Counted from the first letter of the stretch, positions 10,636 through 21,145 are shown. The stretch: DNA of 64,000 bases from Bacillota bacterium (GCA_050952625.1 JBMNLH010000001.1:1312001-1376000), one strand, 5' to 3'. Notes: generated by a model from the sequence alone, not told the origin. A program made the numbers and translations.

Positions 10636-11919
10636 TTAAGAATAGTGCTTAGGCCGTCTCACTAACGACCAAGGTTCAACCGGCTGGCTTATCTGAAAAG
10701 TAACTTTTTCTTGCGGGTGTCGGGCCACCTGGATCATCTCGCCGGCTTCATTCCACATTGCCTCAACCGTATGAAGAAAGGGCGGACTTTTAGGCCCAAT
10801 AATTTCCAGGGTATCGCCCACTCGAAAGAGACCCCTCTGCTCCACACGAATCACTCTAGTAGCCGGTTCATAGTCAAGCACCAAACCCACAAAATCATAG
10901 GATCGCATATACCCTTTATCCAGACTGATGGTCTGGTCCGCTTCTTGCCGGGCTTTATCCTGGTCAATATAGAAAGCGGAAGTGTATTCACGGTGACTAA
11001 CCTTATCCAACTCAGCTAGCAAATTTGGGTCCAAAACGTAGCCCGCTGGATCCGCCCAAAAGGCATCCAGGGCCTGACGGTAAGCCCGCACTACGGTGGC
11101 TACATAATGGACACTTTTCATCCGGCCTTCGATCTTCAGGCTATTAATGCCGCTGGCGACTAATTCCGGTAGATATGGGAGCAGACACAGGTCTTTTGAG
11201 CTGAGCAAATAGGTGCCCCGCTCATCCTGCTCAACCGGCAAATAGTGACCGGGTCTTTTTTCCTCCATCAGGGCATACCGCCACCGACAAGGTTGCGAAC
11301 AATCTCCTTGGTTGGCATCCCGGCGGTTAAAATACCGGCTCAAATAACAGCGGCCTGAATAGGAGAGGCACATGGCCCCGTGGATGAAAATCTCCAACTC
11401 GACTGATTTGTTCTTGATATCAACTTTGTCCCGAATTGTCCGAATCTCATCTAAGGTTAGCTCCCGTCCCAGAACTACCCGTTTAATCCCCTGATCTGCC
11501 CAAAAGCGAACGCTGGCCCAATTGACAGTATTAGCCTGGGTACTTAGATGAAGAGGAAGATCCGGCACCGCCGCTTGAGCTAGGGCAATCACTCCGGGGT
11601 CTGAGACGATCAAGCCGTCAGCTCCAAGTTCTTTTAATTGACGAAGATAGCCAGGAATACTTTCCAGGTCACGGTTATGGGCAAAAATATTCACGGCCAC
11701 GTAAACCCGAACCCCTCGGGCGTGGGCAAAAGCAATGGCCTCGGCCATTTCTTCAAGACTAAAATTGCCAGCCCCGGCTCGGAGACTTAAACCCTTCCCG
11801 CCTAGATAGACTGCATCCGCCCCATAAAGAACCGCCATGCGCAGTTTCTCCAGATCTCCGGCTGGGGCTAATAACTCTGGCTTAGGCCGATTGATATCCA
11901 TTGTTGTTAAACCGGTCAT
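10636..11919 (-). CDS. U32 peptidase-family protein (TrhP/YrrO-like, tRNA hydroxylation)
   Basis: PELLAPAG, GADAVYLGG, HGAMCLSYSGRC, NQGDCSQPCRW, SLKIEGRMKS. Confidence 0.9.
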   Translation of the reverse strand: MTGLTTMDINRPKPELLAPAGDLEKLRMAVLYGADAVYLGGKGLSLRAGAGNFSLEEMAEAIAFAHARGVRVYVAVNIFAHNRDLESIPGYLRQLKELGADGLIVSDPGVIALAQAAVPDLPLHLSTQANTVNWASVRFWADQGIKRVVLGRELTLDEIRTIRDKVDIKNKSVELEIFIHGAMCLSYSGRCYLSRYFNRRDANQGDCSQPCRWRYALMEEKRPGHYLPVEQDERGTYLLSSKDLCLLPYLPELVASGINSLKIEGRMKSVHYVATVVRAYRQALDAFWADPAGYVLDPNLLAELDKVSHREYTSAFYIDQDKARQEADQTISLDKGYMRSYDFVGLVLDYEPATRVIRVEQRGLFRVGDTLEIIGPKSPPFLHTVEAMWNEAGEMIQVARHPQEKVTFQISQPVEPWSLVRRPKHYS

Positions 11920-12032
11920 TTCTATCCTTACCCTTTTCTTTAACTTGATCAGAGACTCGCATTAAAACGGAGCGTTATGTTATCATCATTATCAATGCCC
12001 GATTTGCGGCTGAGATTCCCCCTATGCCTAAC

Positions 12033-13118
12033 TTACCTCAACCGTCTCTTAGCCTGATTATGTTCGTCAAGCGTGCGGGAAAAAACGTGTGAGCCATCGG
12101 GCTTAGCGACATAGTAATAATAATCATGCACTGCTGGATTTAGCACTGCCTCAATCGAACTCATCCCGGGACTGGCGATTGGACCCGGCGGTAATCCCAG
12201 GTTACGATAGGTGTTATATGGCGATTCAACCTCTAGGTCCTGGTAATAAATACGGTCACGATGCTGTCCAAGGGCGTATTGAATTGTCGCATCAACCTGC
12301 AGAGGCATATTAATGCGCAAACGATTAAAAAGTACGCCAGCAATGACCGGTCTTTCTTCCGCTAGTCGTGCCTCTTTTTCCACGATCGAAGCCAAGGTAA
12401 CCAAATCTAGGACGCTAAGTCCCTGTAATGCTGCCTTCTGCCTGATATCTGGATTCACATTGCGTTCGAAACACTTGAGCATCATCTCGACAATCTCTAA
12501 TTCCGTCATTCCCTTAGTAATATTATAGGTGGCCGGGAATAAAAAACCTTCCAAACGGTTTTCACCAGGCAGTGAATCTTGGAGAAAATCGAAGGCAAAT
12601 TGGCTTTCCCGAATTACCTTCCGGAACCTCTCCTGATCTATCAGGCCTTTTTCCAGCAGGACGCTTTCTATCTGATCCAGAGTATAACCCTCGGGGATAG
12701 TAACCTTAGTATAGTTAACTACGCCCTGGCACAATTCCTGAACTATCTCCTGGATACTCATGGTGTCAGATAAATTATATTCACCGGCTTTTAAACTGCG
12801 GTCAGACCCGCTATAACGTAAATAAATAAGAAAAGCAGTAGGATTTCGGATAAGCCCTTCCTGATATAACGCTTGAGCAATCTGACTCGACGACGTATTC
12901 GGCAGTACTTGGAAAGACTTGGTTATTGGTGCTTGCTCAGTACCAATTGGTTGCCAATAAAATCGAAGAAGAAATAAAGAGCCCAGGAGACATAATAGGG
13001 TTAGCATCATCAGCTTTGCCAATATGCCTCTTATAAACGATCGTTTATTGCTTGAATCAACATTAGTGCCTAAAGGAGTTATTTCTTTTATTCTACGTTG
13101 GTCGGTAGGATTTGACAT
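12033..13118 (-). CDS. mltG: Endolytic transglycosylase MltG
   Basis: N-terminal TM helix, VTIPEG, LEGFLFPATY, ASIVEKE, SPYNTY..GLPPGPIASPG. Confidence 0.95.
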   Translation of the reverse strand: MSNPTDQRRIKEITPLGTNVDSSNKRSFIRGILAKLMMLTLLCLLGSLFLLRFYWQPIGTEQAPITKSFQVLPNTSSSQIAQALYQEGLIRNPTAFLIYLRYSGSDRSLKAGEYNLSDTMSIQEIVQELCQGVVNYTKVTIPEGYTLDQIESVLLEKGLIDQERFRKVIRESQFAFDFLQDSLPGENRLEGFLFPATYNITKGMTELEIVEMMLKCFERNVNPDIRQKAALQGLSVLDLVTLASIVEKEARLAEERPVIAGVLFNRLRINMPLQVDATIQYALGQHRDRIYYQDLEVESPYNTYRNLGLPPGPIASPGMSSIEAVLNPAVHDYYYYVAKPDGSHVFSRTLDEHNQAKRRLR

Positions 13119-13301
13119 GTCTGTTCTCCATAGTATTGTTTGTTCGACCTTTACAACGATAACCAAATTATACTACTCCGCCTTAGGATGATGCAACCAC
13201 ACTCATGAGTATTAAAAAATGGCACCGTTATTTTTTAAGGTTTAAACAAGGCAAACTCCCACTTAATGATAGAATTGTCGTCTTTAGATTTAAATAAAAA
13301 A

Positions 13302-13337
13302 CAGAGAATTGATACTGCGGACAGTATCAATTCTCTG
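13302..13337 (-). terminator. Intrinsic terminator after the amphi-Trp-like gene
   Basis: cagagaattgatactg-cgga-cagtatcaattctctg stem flanked by an A run. Confidence 0.75.
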
Positions 13338-13387
13338 CTTTCCACCATCCCACGCCTTTATCTGTTATTGTTAGTTAATATTTTAGC

Positions 13388-13636
13388 TTACTCTTCTTCT
13401 TCTTCCACGTCTTCCGGTTCAACCCATGAGGGGTTTGGCCAGCTTACTTTAAGGGCTAGCACATATTCTTCATCATCATAGTCATACTTAATCTTGTATT
13501 CGAGTTCAGTATCTTTGGGAAGCCTTAAAGTTTTGCCTTCGATATTTATACCTCCGGAATTCAAACTCTTCCACACTTCTTGCATGAACCTCAGAAACTC
13601 CGACCTTGAGCCAACATATTCCTCGACGTAGGCCAT
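13388..13636 (-). CDS. Small amphi-Trp-domain-like protein
   Basis: Amphipathic helix SRSEFLRFMQEV.., beta strands ending LKVSW, acidic tail; GGAGG RBS. Confidence 0.6.
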   Translation of the reverse strand: MAYVEEYVGSRSEFLRFMQEVWKSLNSGGINIEGKTLRLPKDTELEYKIKYDYDDEEYVLALKVSWPNPSWVEPEDVEEEEE

Positions 13637-13677
13637 CAAAATCCCTCCACTTAAGATTTGTAGTTTCAATCCTGATT

Positions 13678-13705
13678 TAATGTATGATTCATCACTAAAA
13701 AGTGT
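13678..13705 (-). promoter_or_regulatory. sigmaK-like promoter of the amphi-Trp-like gene
   Basis: ACA-16 nt-CATACATTA. Confidence 0.65.
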
Positions 13706-13844
13706 GCAAATCTATTCGGATAAAACGACGGCATGATAGACATTTATATTTTCAATCGTTAATGGGCTATTGCTAGTAGAATCAATGTTTTTTCAAGTAG
13801 ATACCAGGTGCCGACCATTGGCCACAAAATTCTGTTTTGGCTAC

Positions 13845-13872
13845 ACCATCCAGATAATCAGTTCATAGGATA
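13845..13872 (+). promoter_or_regulatory. sigmaK-like promoter of the cotS-like pair
   Basis: AC-17 nt-CATAGGATA. Confidence 0.6.
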
Positions 13873-13914
13873 TAAGAGTATAAGAGTAAATCACTAGTTA
13901 TAGGAGGATCGCAA

Positions 13915-14904
13915 GTGACTTCAGCTTTACTTGATCTTGCTTCTTCTGTGCTTCAGGAGTATGGCAAAAGACCTGACCAAGTTAGTCTAATCCAAAGTGG
14001 TGGGATTAAGACGGTTTGGAAAATACTAGCCAAAGGTGAAACCTTTTGCCTTAAAAGGCTTCGTCATAACAAAGAACGGGCGATGTTCTCAATCTATGCC
14101 CAAAAACACATGGCTGCTCAAGGTGCCAGAGTTCCCCAGATCTTTCCTAGCCTTAATAATGAAGATTACGTTGAGTATCAGGGTTATCTTTTTGTCCTTT
14201 ATGAATGGATAGAAGGGCGCAACTTGACTTTGTCCCGTGATTTATCAAGCGCGCTGGAGGGATTAGCCCAATTTCACCTCGACTCTGCTGGTTATGTTCC
14301 ACCCCCGGATTGTCGAGTTTCTTCCAAACTTGGTCGACTGGGTCATTATTATGCATCAGTCATCAAACGTTTTAGTGAATGGGAAAAAACAGCGCAAAGC
14401 AACCGGCAGAATCCCTTGTGCCAAGCATTTTTAAAAGAAGTACCCGGGATGTCCAGACTTGGTTTAGAATGCATTGATCTATTGGAAAAGTCTGCTTACC
14501 CCTCCTGGGTTGAAGAAATAAAGCAGCGGGGTAACCTGTGTCATCAGGACTACGGTGATGGAAATGCTATCCTTACCCCGAAAGGAGTATATGTTCTGGA
14601 CCTGGATGGGGTTACTTTTGATCTGCCTAGTCGTGACTTACGTAAAGTCATTATTAAAATGATGTCCAACCGTAACAGCTGGGATATAAAGCTGCTGAAA
14701 GATATGCTGAACTGGTACGAAAAAATAAACCCGCTGAATGAAGATAAACGCCGGGTATTATATATTGATTTACTGTTCCCCCACGAATTGCATGATACCG
14801 CTAAAAACTATTTCAAGAAAAACAAATCAATAAATGCTAGTGCCATAACTAGGGCAAGTGCCTTAGTGCGAAAAAAAAGCGAGATACTGTCAGGGTTAAT
14901 CTAG
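13915..14904 (+). CDS. CotS/CotI family spore coat kinase-like protein
   Basis: VWKI..FCLKR, YEWIEGR, LAQFH, LCHQDYGDGN, LDLDGVTFDLPSRDLRK. Confidence 0.88.
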   Translation: MTSALLDLASSVLQEYGKRPDQVSLIQSGGIKTVWKILAKGETFCLKRLRHNKERAMFSIYAQKHMAAQGARVPQIFPSLNNEDYVEYQGYLFVLYEWIEGRNLTLSRDLSSALEGLAQFHLDSAGYVPPPDCRVSSKLGRLGHYYASVIKRFSEWEKTAQSNRQNPLCQAFLKEVPGMSRLGLECIDLLEKSAYPSWVEEIKQRGNLCHQDYGDGNAILTPKGVYVLDLDGVTFDLPSRDLRKVIIKMMSNRNSWDIKLLKDMLNWYEKINPLNEDKRRVLYIDLLFPHELHDTAKNYFKKNKSINASAITRASALVRKKSEILSGLI

Positions 14905-14906
14905 GA

Positions 14907-15944
14907 GTGGGTGATAAAATCATGAGTTCATCAGATACCAAAAGGTCAAAGATCTTAACTGAAGTTTTGGGGCAGTACAACTTAGCTGAAGCCCAAATAA
15001 TCGAATTAAGAGACAAAGGAAAAAAAACAGTCTGGCAAATAAATAAAAATGGTAAAAAAATGGTCTTAAAGAAAATGCCTACCTCTGTTACTCGAACCGA
15101 ATTTATCGTCGAGGCCACAGAGTTCCTGCTCAACAACAATGTCCGGGTTCCCAAGATAATCAAAAATAATAACCAGGAAAAATTTGTAGTTGCTGGTAGT
15201 GATGCCTATATCTTAATGAATTGGATTGACGGTAAGCAACCGGATTATCAGCGCAATCTAGAAGGCATCTTATCATCAATGGCCTTATTCCATCGAGGGT
15301 CTCGGGGTTTCATCCCAGCCGGAGAGGCTAATCGGCGAACTCATCTCGGCACTTGGCTGAAGAGTTATCAACAAAAGAAAAACTATTTACTAGCCTATGC
15401 TGAGCAGGCTAATAAGGAAAAAGGTAAAGATGCATTTACCGAACTTTTCTTACAGCACCTCAAACTGGCTGTCCAAAGAATTGATCAAGCGATTGAATTA
15501 CTTGAGAAATCGGACTATCAAGAATGGGTTAAAGACGTGGATCAGAATGGTTCGCTGTGTCACCAGGACTTTACCCCCAAAAATCTTCGTCTAAGTTCGA
15601 ATGGGGATATTACTGTCTTTGATCTTGATTCAATAACCGTTGATCTCCCCGCTCGCGATTTAAGAAAAATATTCAACAAGGTCTTAAAAAAAGAAGGAAC
15701 CGGCAAGGAACGGTTAATCAAGCGGATGGTAGATTCATATCAAGCCTGCAATCCGCTTACCAGTAGTCAATGGGAAGTCGTGGTGGCGGATCTCCTATTT
15801 CCGCACCTATTTTTTGGTATTGTCGATAAGTATTATCGCCACCGAGCTCCTGACTGGGATTTCGGAAAGCATCTGAAAACACTCAAGCAGGCAATTCGCA
15901 CTGAAGAGCATAAGGAGACAATAGGCTTGCCGAAGCTAATGTAG
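14907..15944 (+). CDS. CotS/CotI family spore coat kinase-like protein
   Basis: LCHQDFTPKN, FDLDSITVDLPARDLRK, DLLFPHLF. Confidence 0.88.
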   Translation: MGDKIMSSSDTKRSKILTEVLGQYNLAEAQIIELRDKGKKTVWQINKNGKKMVLKKMPTSVTRTEFIVEATEFLLNNNVRVPKIIKNNNQEKFVVAGSDAYILMNWIDGKQPDYQRNLEGILSSMALFHRGSRGFIPAGEANRRTHLGTWLKSYQQKKNYLLAYAEQANKEKGKDAFTELFLQHLKLAVQRIDQAIELLEKSDYQEWVKDVDQNGSLCHQDFTPKNLRLSSNGDITVFDLDSITVDLPARDLRKIFNKVLKKEGTGKERLIKRMVDSYQACNPLTSSQWEVVVADLLFPHLFFGIVDKYYRHRAPDWDFGKHLKTLKQAIRTEEHKETIGLPKLM

Positions 15945-15961
15945 ATACCACCGGTTTAGAC

Positions 15962-15989
15962 ACATCCTTAATGCATCGAACATAATATA
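15962..15989 (+). promoter_or_regulatory. sigmaK-like promoter of cotE-like gene 1
   Basis: ACA-16 nt-CATAATATA. Confidence 0.7.
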
Positions 15990-16105
15990 TATCAGCCGTA
16001 AAACAAAAATGTTGAATTGCTAATTGCTGATGAGCGTGATTATTGTGAATTGCTTTTCGAGTTTACCGCTTTTCAAGTCAGTACTATCAAGGAGGGTTTG
16101 CTGTT

Positions 16106-16633
16106 ATGCGTTCCATTGGAGGAACAAAACTTAAATCAAGTCTGAAACCATATAGAGAAATTATCACCAAAGCAACCTGTGGCGATGCCAAAAAAGTGTT
16201 TCGAATTAACCAGCTAATTCCCGTCCCAGAGGGACATTACCCCACCCAGATACTGGGAACAACCATTACTAAACTTCAGCTAGCAACCGAAACCAGCCTC
16301 AGTGACACAATGTATAAACCAGAACCGGGTATTCAAATCGGCGGCTCATTTGAAATACATGTCTGGTATGCCCATAAGAATGGTAAAGCCACTGAAATAG
16401 TAAGACAAATCGTCCAATTTACGGAAACTATCCCAGTAACAGATTTCGATCATAATATCTTAAACCTACTAGACGCGAAAGTCGAAGTGATGAAGAGTCC
16501 GGAATGTCTGGAGACCTCAATAACGAAAGAGAATAAAATTAAGGTGGAAGTAGAAATTGGGGTATACGCGGAAATAGTTGGGGAAACCAAAGTCGCGGTC
16601 TATACTTATCAATCCGATGAAGATGATGATTAA
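16106..16633 (+). CDS. cotE: Outer spore coat morphogenetic protein CotE-like (paralog 1)
   Basis: YREIITKATCG, PTQILG, GSFEIHVWY, SPECLE, AEIVGETKV, acidic tail. Confidence 0.85.
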   Translation: MRSIGGTKLKSSLKPYREIITKATCGDAKKVFRINQLIPVPEGHYPTQILGTTITKLQLATETSLSDTMYKPEPGIQIGGSFEIHVWYAHKNGKATEIVRQIVQFTETIPVTDFDHNILNLLDAKVEVMKSPECLETSITKENKIKVEVEIGVYAEIVGETKVAVYTYQSDEDDD

Positions 16634-16677
16634 GGGACAGTGCGACATAAGGGACAGGGGGACAGGTTAACTGTCCC
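16634..16677 (+). repeat. GGGACA-palindrome (REP-like) copy 2
   Basis: gggacagtgcgacataagggacagggggacaggttaactgtccc. Confidence 0.7.
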
Positions 16678-16723
16678 TTTCTGCTCTTAAGATCACTTTG
16701 GTGAGTCCCAGTGGCTGGAAACA

Positions 16724-16765
16724 AAAAAAGGACCTTGCTGATCAATCGACCGGCAAAGTCCTTTT
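16724..16765. terminator. Bidirectional terminator between cotE-like and cotSA-like genes
   Basis: aaaaggaccttgctg...cggcaaagtcctttt. Confidence 0.65.
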
Positions 16766-16775
16766 GTTTAATTGG

Positions 16776-17981
16776 CTACTCCACTTGCTCCTCAGGTTCG
16801 CTGCTGCCTGTTTCTTTTTCTTCTACTTGCTGGTTTAACATATCATAGACTTCCATTATTTCTTGAGCGACCCGTCCCCAATGGTATTTTTCTTCTGCTA
16901 GCTTTCTCCCCCGGTGCCCCATGGCGAGAGCAGTTTCGGAGTTCTCCAGGAGATAATTGATCGCTGCCGCGAACTCCTGACCGTTTTTATATTCCTTAAT
17001 AACCATCCCGTTACCGTAACCCTCAATCACTTCCGGGTTGCCGCCCCGGGCGGTGGTGATTATCGGTAACCCAGCCGCCATCCCCTCGTAGTGGATTCTG
17101 GCCAGTGGTTCCTGCCACTGTGAGGCACAAACAAAAACATCACCGCAGGCATAGAACTCAACCACTTGTTTGGGGGGGATAAAACCGGTAAAGATAACCT
17201 GTTTTTCCGGTAGTTCTTTAGCCAAACGATGGACATAAGCAACATACTCATCTACCTTATTACTCCCGTACCACTTGCTGCCTACTACCAATAAGATTGT
17301 TTGAGGATGCTGACGCAGGACCTCTTGCATCGCTTCAATAACCAGGTGGACTCCCTTCTTCTTAGAAAATCTGGTAACCAACAAGACTACTTTTCCGTTT
17401 CCGATGCCAAATTGACGTTTTATTCTATCTCTAATTTCCCTGGCTTCTTCCGTCCAAACCGGGTAAAAATCAGCCGGGTTTACCCCGGAATAAATGGTCC
17501 GTACTTTACCAACAGCTACCGGATATTTAATCTCGACGGTGTTTTTGATAAAATTACTAACGGTAATTACCTGGTCCACTGTTTCCAGACAAAAGCAAGC
17601 TTCTTCCTGGGTAATTTTATTGGCCGCAAACATCTCATTATGCAGGCTTAAGATAAATTTACTTTCTGGGGAGGCTTGGTAGAATGTACGAAACGATTTG
17701 GGTCGATTAAAAATGTGCACCAGATCAAACTTTCTTCTAGTTAATTCTTCTGCAACGAGGGCTACATATTTTTGCTTACTTTTACTGCTCACGGGAATTC
17801 GAAAGTATTCCACCTGATTCACAACTTCCTGATCTTTCAATTTGGGGTGGGCAATTGAAAAAACGGTAACCTGGTGCTTCTTGGCCAAAAATGGCACTAT
17901 TCCCTCAATGTAAAGTTGAATTGCCCCTCCCTGAATTGGGGGAACTGGTAGTTTTTCACTGCAGACTAAAGCAACCTTCAT
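16776..17981 (-). CDS. GT4 glycosyltransferase, CotSA/YtcC-like
   Basis: EKLPVPPIQGGAIQ, SLHNEMF, SQWQEPLARIHYEGMAAGLPIITT. Confidence 0.9.
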   Translation of the reverse strand: MKVALVCSEKLPVPPIQGGAIQLYIEGIVPFLAKKHQVTVFSIAHPKLKDQEVVNQVEYFRIPVSSKSKQKYVALVAEELTRRKFDLVHIFNRPKSFRTFYQASPESKFILSLHNEMFAANKITQEEACFCLETVDQVITVSNFIKNTVEIKYPVAVGKVRTIYSGVNPADFYPVWTEEAREIRDRIKRQFGIGNGKVVLLVTRFSKKKGVHLVIEAMQEVLRQHPQTILLVVGSKWYGSNKVDEYVAYVHRLAKELPEKQVIFTGFIPPKQVVEFYACGDVFVCASQWQEPLARIHYEGMAAGLPIITTARGGNPEVIEGYGNGMVIKEYKNGQEFAAAINYLLENSETALAMGHRGRKLAEEKYHWGRVAQEIMEVYDMLNQQVEEKETGSSEPEEQVE

Positions 17982-18023
17982 GACATCACCATACCCATCT
18001 TAGACTTTTTTGGCACCTGATCG

Positions 18024-19310
18024 TTACCGTCCAACCGAACAGTAAGTAAAACCTTGCTGCTTCATTAACTGGGGATCAAAGATATTTCTGCCATCAATAA
18101 TGATCTGACCGGTCATCAGGTTTTTCACTTGATTCAAGTTAATGTTCATGAATTCTTTCCATTCGGTTAAGATGAGTAAGGCCTCGACCCCCTGGACTGT
18201 TTCATATGGGTCCTGGCCATAATCTAGATCTGGGTGAATTCTTTTAAAATTAGGCATCGCCACCGGATCGAAAGCTTTTATTCGACAACCAACCTCTTTG
18301 AGGCATTGGACTATGTCTAGGGCGGGGCTTTCCCTGATATCATCTGTATCCGGTTTAAAGGACAGACCCCAGATGCCAATTGTCAGTCCGGGCTTGACTG
18401 GTAATAGCTCAAATAGTTTTTGCAGTAAATTGTGCCGCTGCTTGAGGTTTACCCGGACTACTGATTGAAGCAAATTCATTTCACAACCCAACTGCTTCCC
18501 CGTTGCAATAAGGGATTTAATATCTTTAGGCAGGCAGGAACCCCCGTACCCAACACCAGCCTTTAAAAACTGCGGCCCTATTCTAGAATCATAGCCAATT
18601 CCCTCGGCTACCTTATTGATATCACCCCCGACCTTCTCACAGATACCGGCTATTTCGTTAATAAAGGATATTTTAGTCGCCAGAAAAGCATTGGAAGCAT
18701 ATTTAATTAACTCCGCATTCTCCCAGGTCGTAATCACTATTCTTTTGGAAATAGGTTCATAGATATCAGCAAGTATTCTTGCCTCTGAGGTTCGTTCAGT
18801 CCCGATAATAACTCGATCCGGATATAAAAAGTCGTAAATAGCACTACCCTCTCGCAAAAACTCGGGATTTGTCAGCAAGGCGAAGTTATGCCCCTTTTGT
18901 TGCCCGAGCAAGGTCTCTTTAAATAAACGGGTACCGCCAACTGGAACGGTACTTTTTAAGATTATTGTTTTAAAGTTGTTAAGGTATTGGCTAATCTCCC
19001 TAGCTACCTGTAAAACCCGGGACAAATCTGCCGAACCGTCTGCCCGATTGGGAGTATCTACGGCGACAAAAACTAGTTCCGCACCATTCATCCCCTCTTC
19101 CAGGCGGCTAGTAAATCCAATTTTTTCAGCAAGCTTGGCCTGAGCAACCGCTTCCGCTAATCCTGGTTCAAAAATGGGGATTCCACCACTTTTTAAACAG
19201 GTGACTTTTTCCTGGTCCCGGTCGACCAGGACCACCTTGTGTCCAAAATTAGCTAAACATGTGCCGGCTACAAGGCCCACATAGCCGGCGCCAATTACAC
19301 AAATTTGCAC
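18024..19310 (-). CDS. ugd: UDP-glucose/GDP-mannose 6-dehydrogenase
   Basis: VIGAGYVGL, KSTVPVG, NPEFLREG, GYGGSCLPKD, FKPDTDDIRESP. Confidence 0.92.
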   Translation of the reverse strand: MQICVIGAGYVGLVAGTCLANFGHKVVLVDRDQEKVTCLKSGGIPIFEPGLAEAVAQAKLAEKIGFTSRLEEGMNGAELVFVAVDTPNRADGSADLSRVLQVAREISQYLNNFKTIILKSTVPVGGTRLFKETLLGQQKGHNFALLTNPEFLREGSAIYDFLYPDRVIIGTERTSEARILADIYEPISKRIVITTWENAELIKYASNAFLATKISFINEIAGICEKVGGDINKVAEGIGYDSRIGPQFLKAGVGYGGSCLPKDIKSLIATGKQLGCEMNLLQSVVRVNLKQRHNLLQKLFELLPVKPGLTIGIWGLSFKPDTDDIRESPALDIVQCLKEVGCRIKAFDPVAMPNFKRIHPDLDYGQDPYETVQGVEALLILTEWKEFMNINLNQVKNLMTGQIIIDGRNIFDPQLMKQQGFTYCSVGR

Positions 19311-19376
19311 CCTGTAACACCTACCCTGTTGATACTCTGTTCCGACCCTATTCAATTAGTCCCCGCTTTAAGCTAA

Positions 19377-20321
19377 TCATTGTGAAAATCTTCTCAAAAA
19401 CCATTTCACTTGGTTGTTTAGCCCCTGTTCCAGTAATACTTTAGGTTGATAATTCAATAATCTGCTGGCTTTCGTTAAATCTGCCCGGGTATTGATCGGG
19501 TCACCCTTTTGTCCTTCAAGGTATTGAATTTTCAATTCTTTGCCGGTAATTTTCTGTAAAATTGATATTGCCTCAAAAAGAGTAGCCTGACATCCCCCGC
19601 CGACATTGATAACCTCACCACTAGCATTGGATTTGGCGGCCGCTATGGTTGCCTCCACTATGTCGTCTACGTAAGTAAAGTCCCTTGTTTGTTGCCCGTC
19701 ACCGTAGATAGCGAATTCTGCTTCTTCCATAAGGCAGTGAATTATTTTCGAAAAGGCCATATCTGGCCTTTGGCGAGGTCCATAAACAGTAAAATAACGC
19801 AAAGCAACATATGGTATTTGATAGTTTTCCCGGTAGGCCTGACAGATCTGTTCAGCCGCTAACTTGGTTACGCCATAGGGAGAAATTGGCCGGGGCAAGA
19901 CCGCTTCGCTCATCGGTAAGGCACAAGTTCCGTAAACTGATGAGCTTGAAGCATAAACAAATTTTTGAATACCACTTTCCTTTAGAGCCTCTAACAGCAC
20001 CTGAGTGGTTAATACATTACGATCAAGGTAGTCCTGAAAGCTATGTCCCCAGCTTAGTCTCACCCCCGGCTCACCAGCTAAATGAAAACAAAAATCTATA
20101 TCCTTCAGTAATAAAGACAGATTCACCTCGAGTAAATCGACTTCCCAGAAAGTAAAGTTTGGCTCATTCAATAACTTGGCAAGGTTTTGCTTCTTTAGTG
20201 CTGGATCATAGTAGCTAGTAAACGAATCAATACCAACCACCATTATTCCATCAGCAATCAGTTTTTCAGCTAAATGAGAACCGATAAAACCGGCTACTCC
20301 GGTAATCAGACATTTACTCAT
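19377..20321 (-). CDS. NAD-dependent epimerase/dehydratase (YtcB-like)
   Basis: TGVAGFIG, YASSSSVYG, PYGVTK, VYGPRQRPDMA. Confidence 0.92.
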   Translation of the reverse strand: MSKCLITGVAGFIGSHLAEKLIADGIMVVGIDSFTSYYDPALKKQNLAKLLNEPNFTFWEVDLLEVNLSLLLKDIDFCFHLAGEPGVRLSWGHSFQDYLDRNVLTTQVLLEALKESGIQKFVYASSSSVYGTCALPMSEAVLPRPISPYGVTKLAAEQICQAYRENYQIPYVALRYFTVYGPRQRPDMAFSKIIHCLMEEAEFAIYGDGQQTRDFTYVDDIVEATIAAAKSNASGEVINVGGGCQATLFEAISILQKITGKELKIQYLEGQKGDPINTRADLTKASRLLNYQPKVLLEQGLNNQVKWFLRRFSQ

Positions 20322-20347
20322 AACACACCTCTCTCATATGACTACCA

Positions 20348-20375
20348 CATTCTATGTTATTAACTGCAGTAGGGT
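20348..20375 (-). promoter_or_regulatory. sigmaK-like promoter of the epimerase-ugd-GT operon
   Basis: ACC-16 nt-CATAGAATG. Confidence 0.55.
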
Positions 20376-20461
20376 TCCAGTTCTAACGGTCTTATCCAGC
20401 ATCAGCGGGACACTGCTGGCTGAAAAATGAAAAGTATATTTGCCACGTCACCTTTTTATGC

Positions 20462-20489
20462 ACACTTTTGACAGACAAAACGTATTATA
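20462..20489 (+). promoter_or_regulatory. sigmaK-like promoter of cotE-like gene 2
   Basis: ACA-16 nt-CGTATTATA. Confidence 0.5.
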
Positions 20490-20574
20490 TTAACGCGAGA
20501 GTTATTAACGGAGGGTGAAATGAGCGGGCCGGAACTAACCGGAAGATAAGCTTTGTAAGATAGGAGGAGTTAAG

Positions 20575-21084
20575 GTGAAGAGAACCGCGGGATCAGAAAA
20601 AAATAGAGAAATAATCACCAAGGCCATCTGCGGAACAGCCAAAAAAGATTTTCGTCATACCCACTATATTGATTTACCTAAAGACATTGTTCCAGACCAA
20701 ATATTGGGATGCTCGGTAACGCAGTTACGCTTACAGCAGCCAAAGGTCCAGGAAAAAAATCTGGTTGACAGGGCGATTGAGATTGGAGGCTCTTATGAAG
20801 TTCACATCTGGTACGCCCTGAACAATGGCAAAACAACTGATGTCTTACGTTGTCCGATTGATTTTAAAGACTCGATTCAGATGGACTATTACGACCACCA
20901 GAGCACTGGCTTATTTGATATTCGAACAACAGTGATCAAGAGTCCTCGGGTGCTTGAATCAGTAATCACTAAAGATAACCGAATTAAGTTAGTCCTTGAA
21001 TTGGGGATTTATGTTGAAGTAGTTGGCGAGACTAAAATTACCGTTCGGGTGCTTGTCCCGGAAAACGATGAGGATGATGATTGA
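20575..21084 (+). CDS. cotE: CotE-like protein (paralog 2); true start may be the ATG at 20520
   Basis: REIITKAICG, PDQILGC, GSYEVHIWY, VEVVGETKI, acidic tail. Confidence 0.85.
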   Translation: MKRTAGSEKNREIITKAICGTAKKDFRHTHYIDLPKDIVPDQILGCSVTQLRLQQPKVQEKNLVDRAIEIGGSYEVHIWYALNNGKTTDVLRCPIDFKDSIQMDYYDHQSTGLFDIRTTVIKSPRVLESVITKDNRIKLVLELGIYVEVVGETKITVRVLVPENDEDDD

Positions 21085-21145
21085 TAAAAATCTGGCTTTT
21101 TATTTGTAAGTGCCAAATTTAATGACACCGAAACCCCAGCCCGAT

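Noticed and set aside
20520-20549. 9-codon uORF MSGPELTGR* with a strong RBS before cotE-2
   Set aside because: Removing one base fuses it to cotE-2 (..KIGGVKVK.., paralleling RSIGGTKLK in cotE-1), so it is more likely another +1 error.
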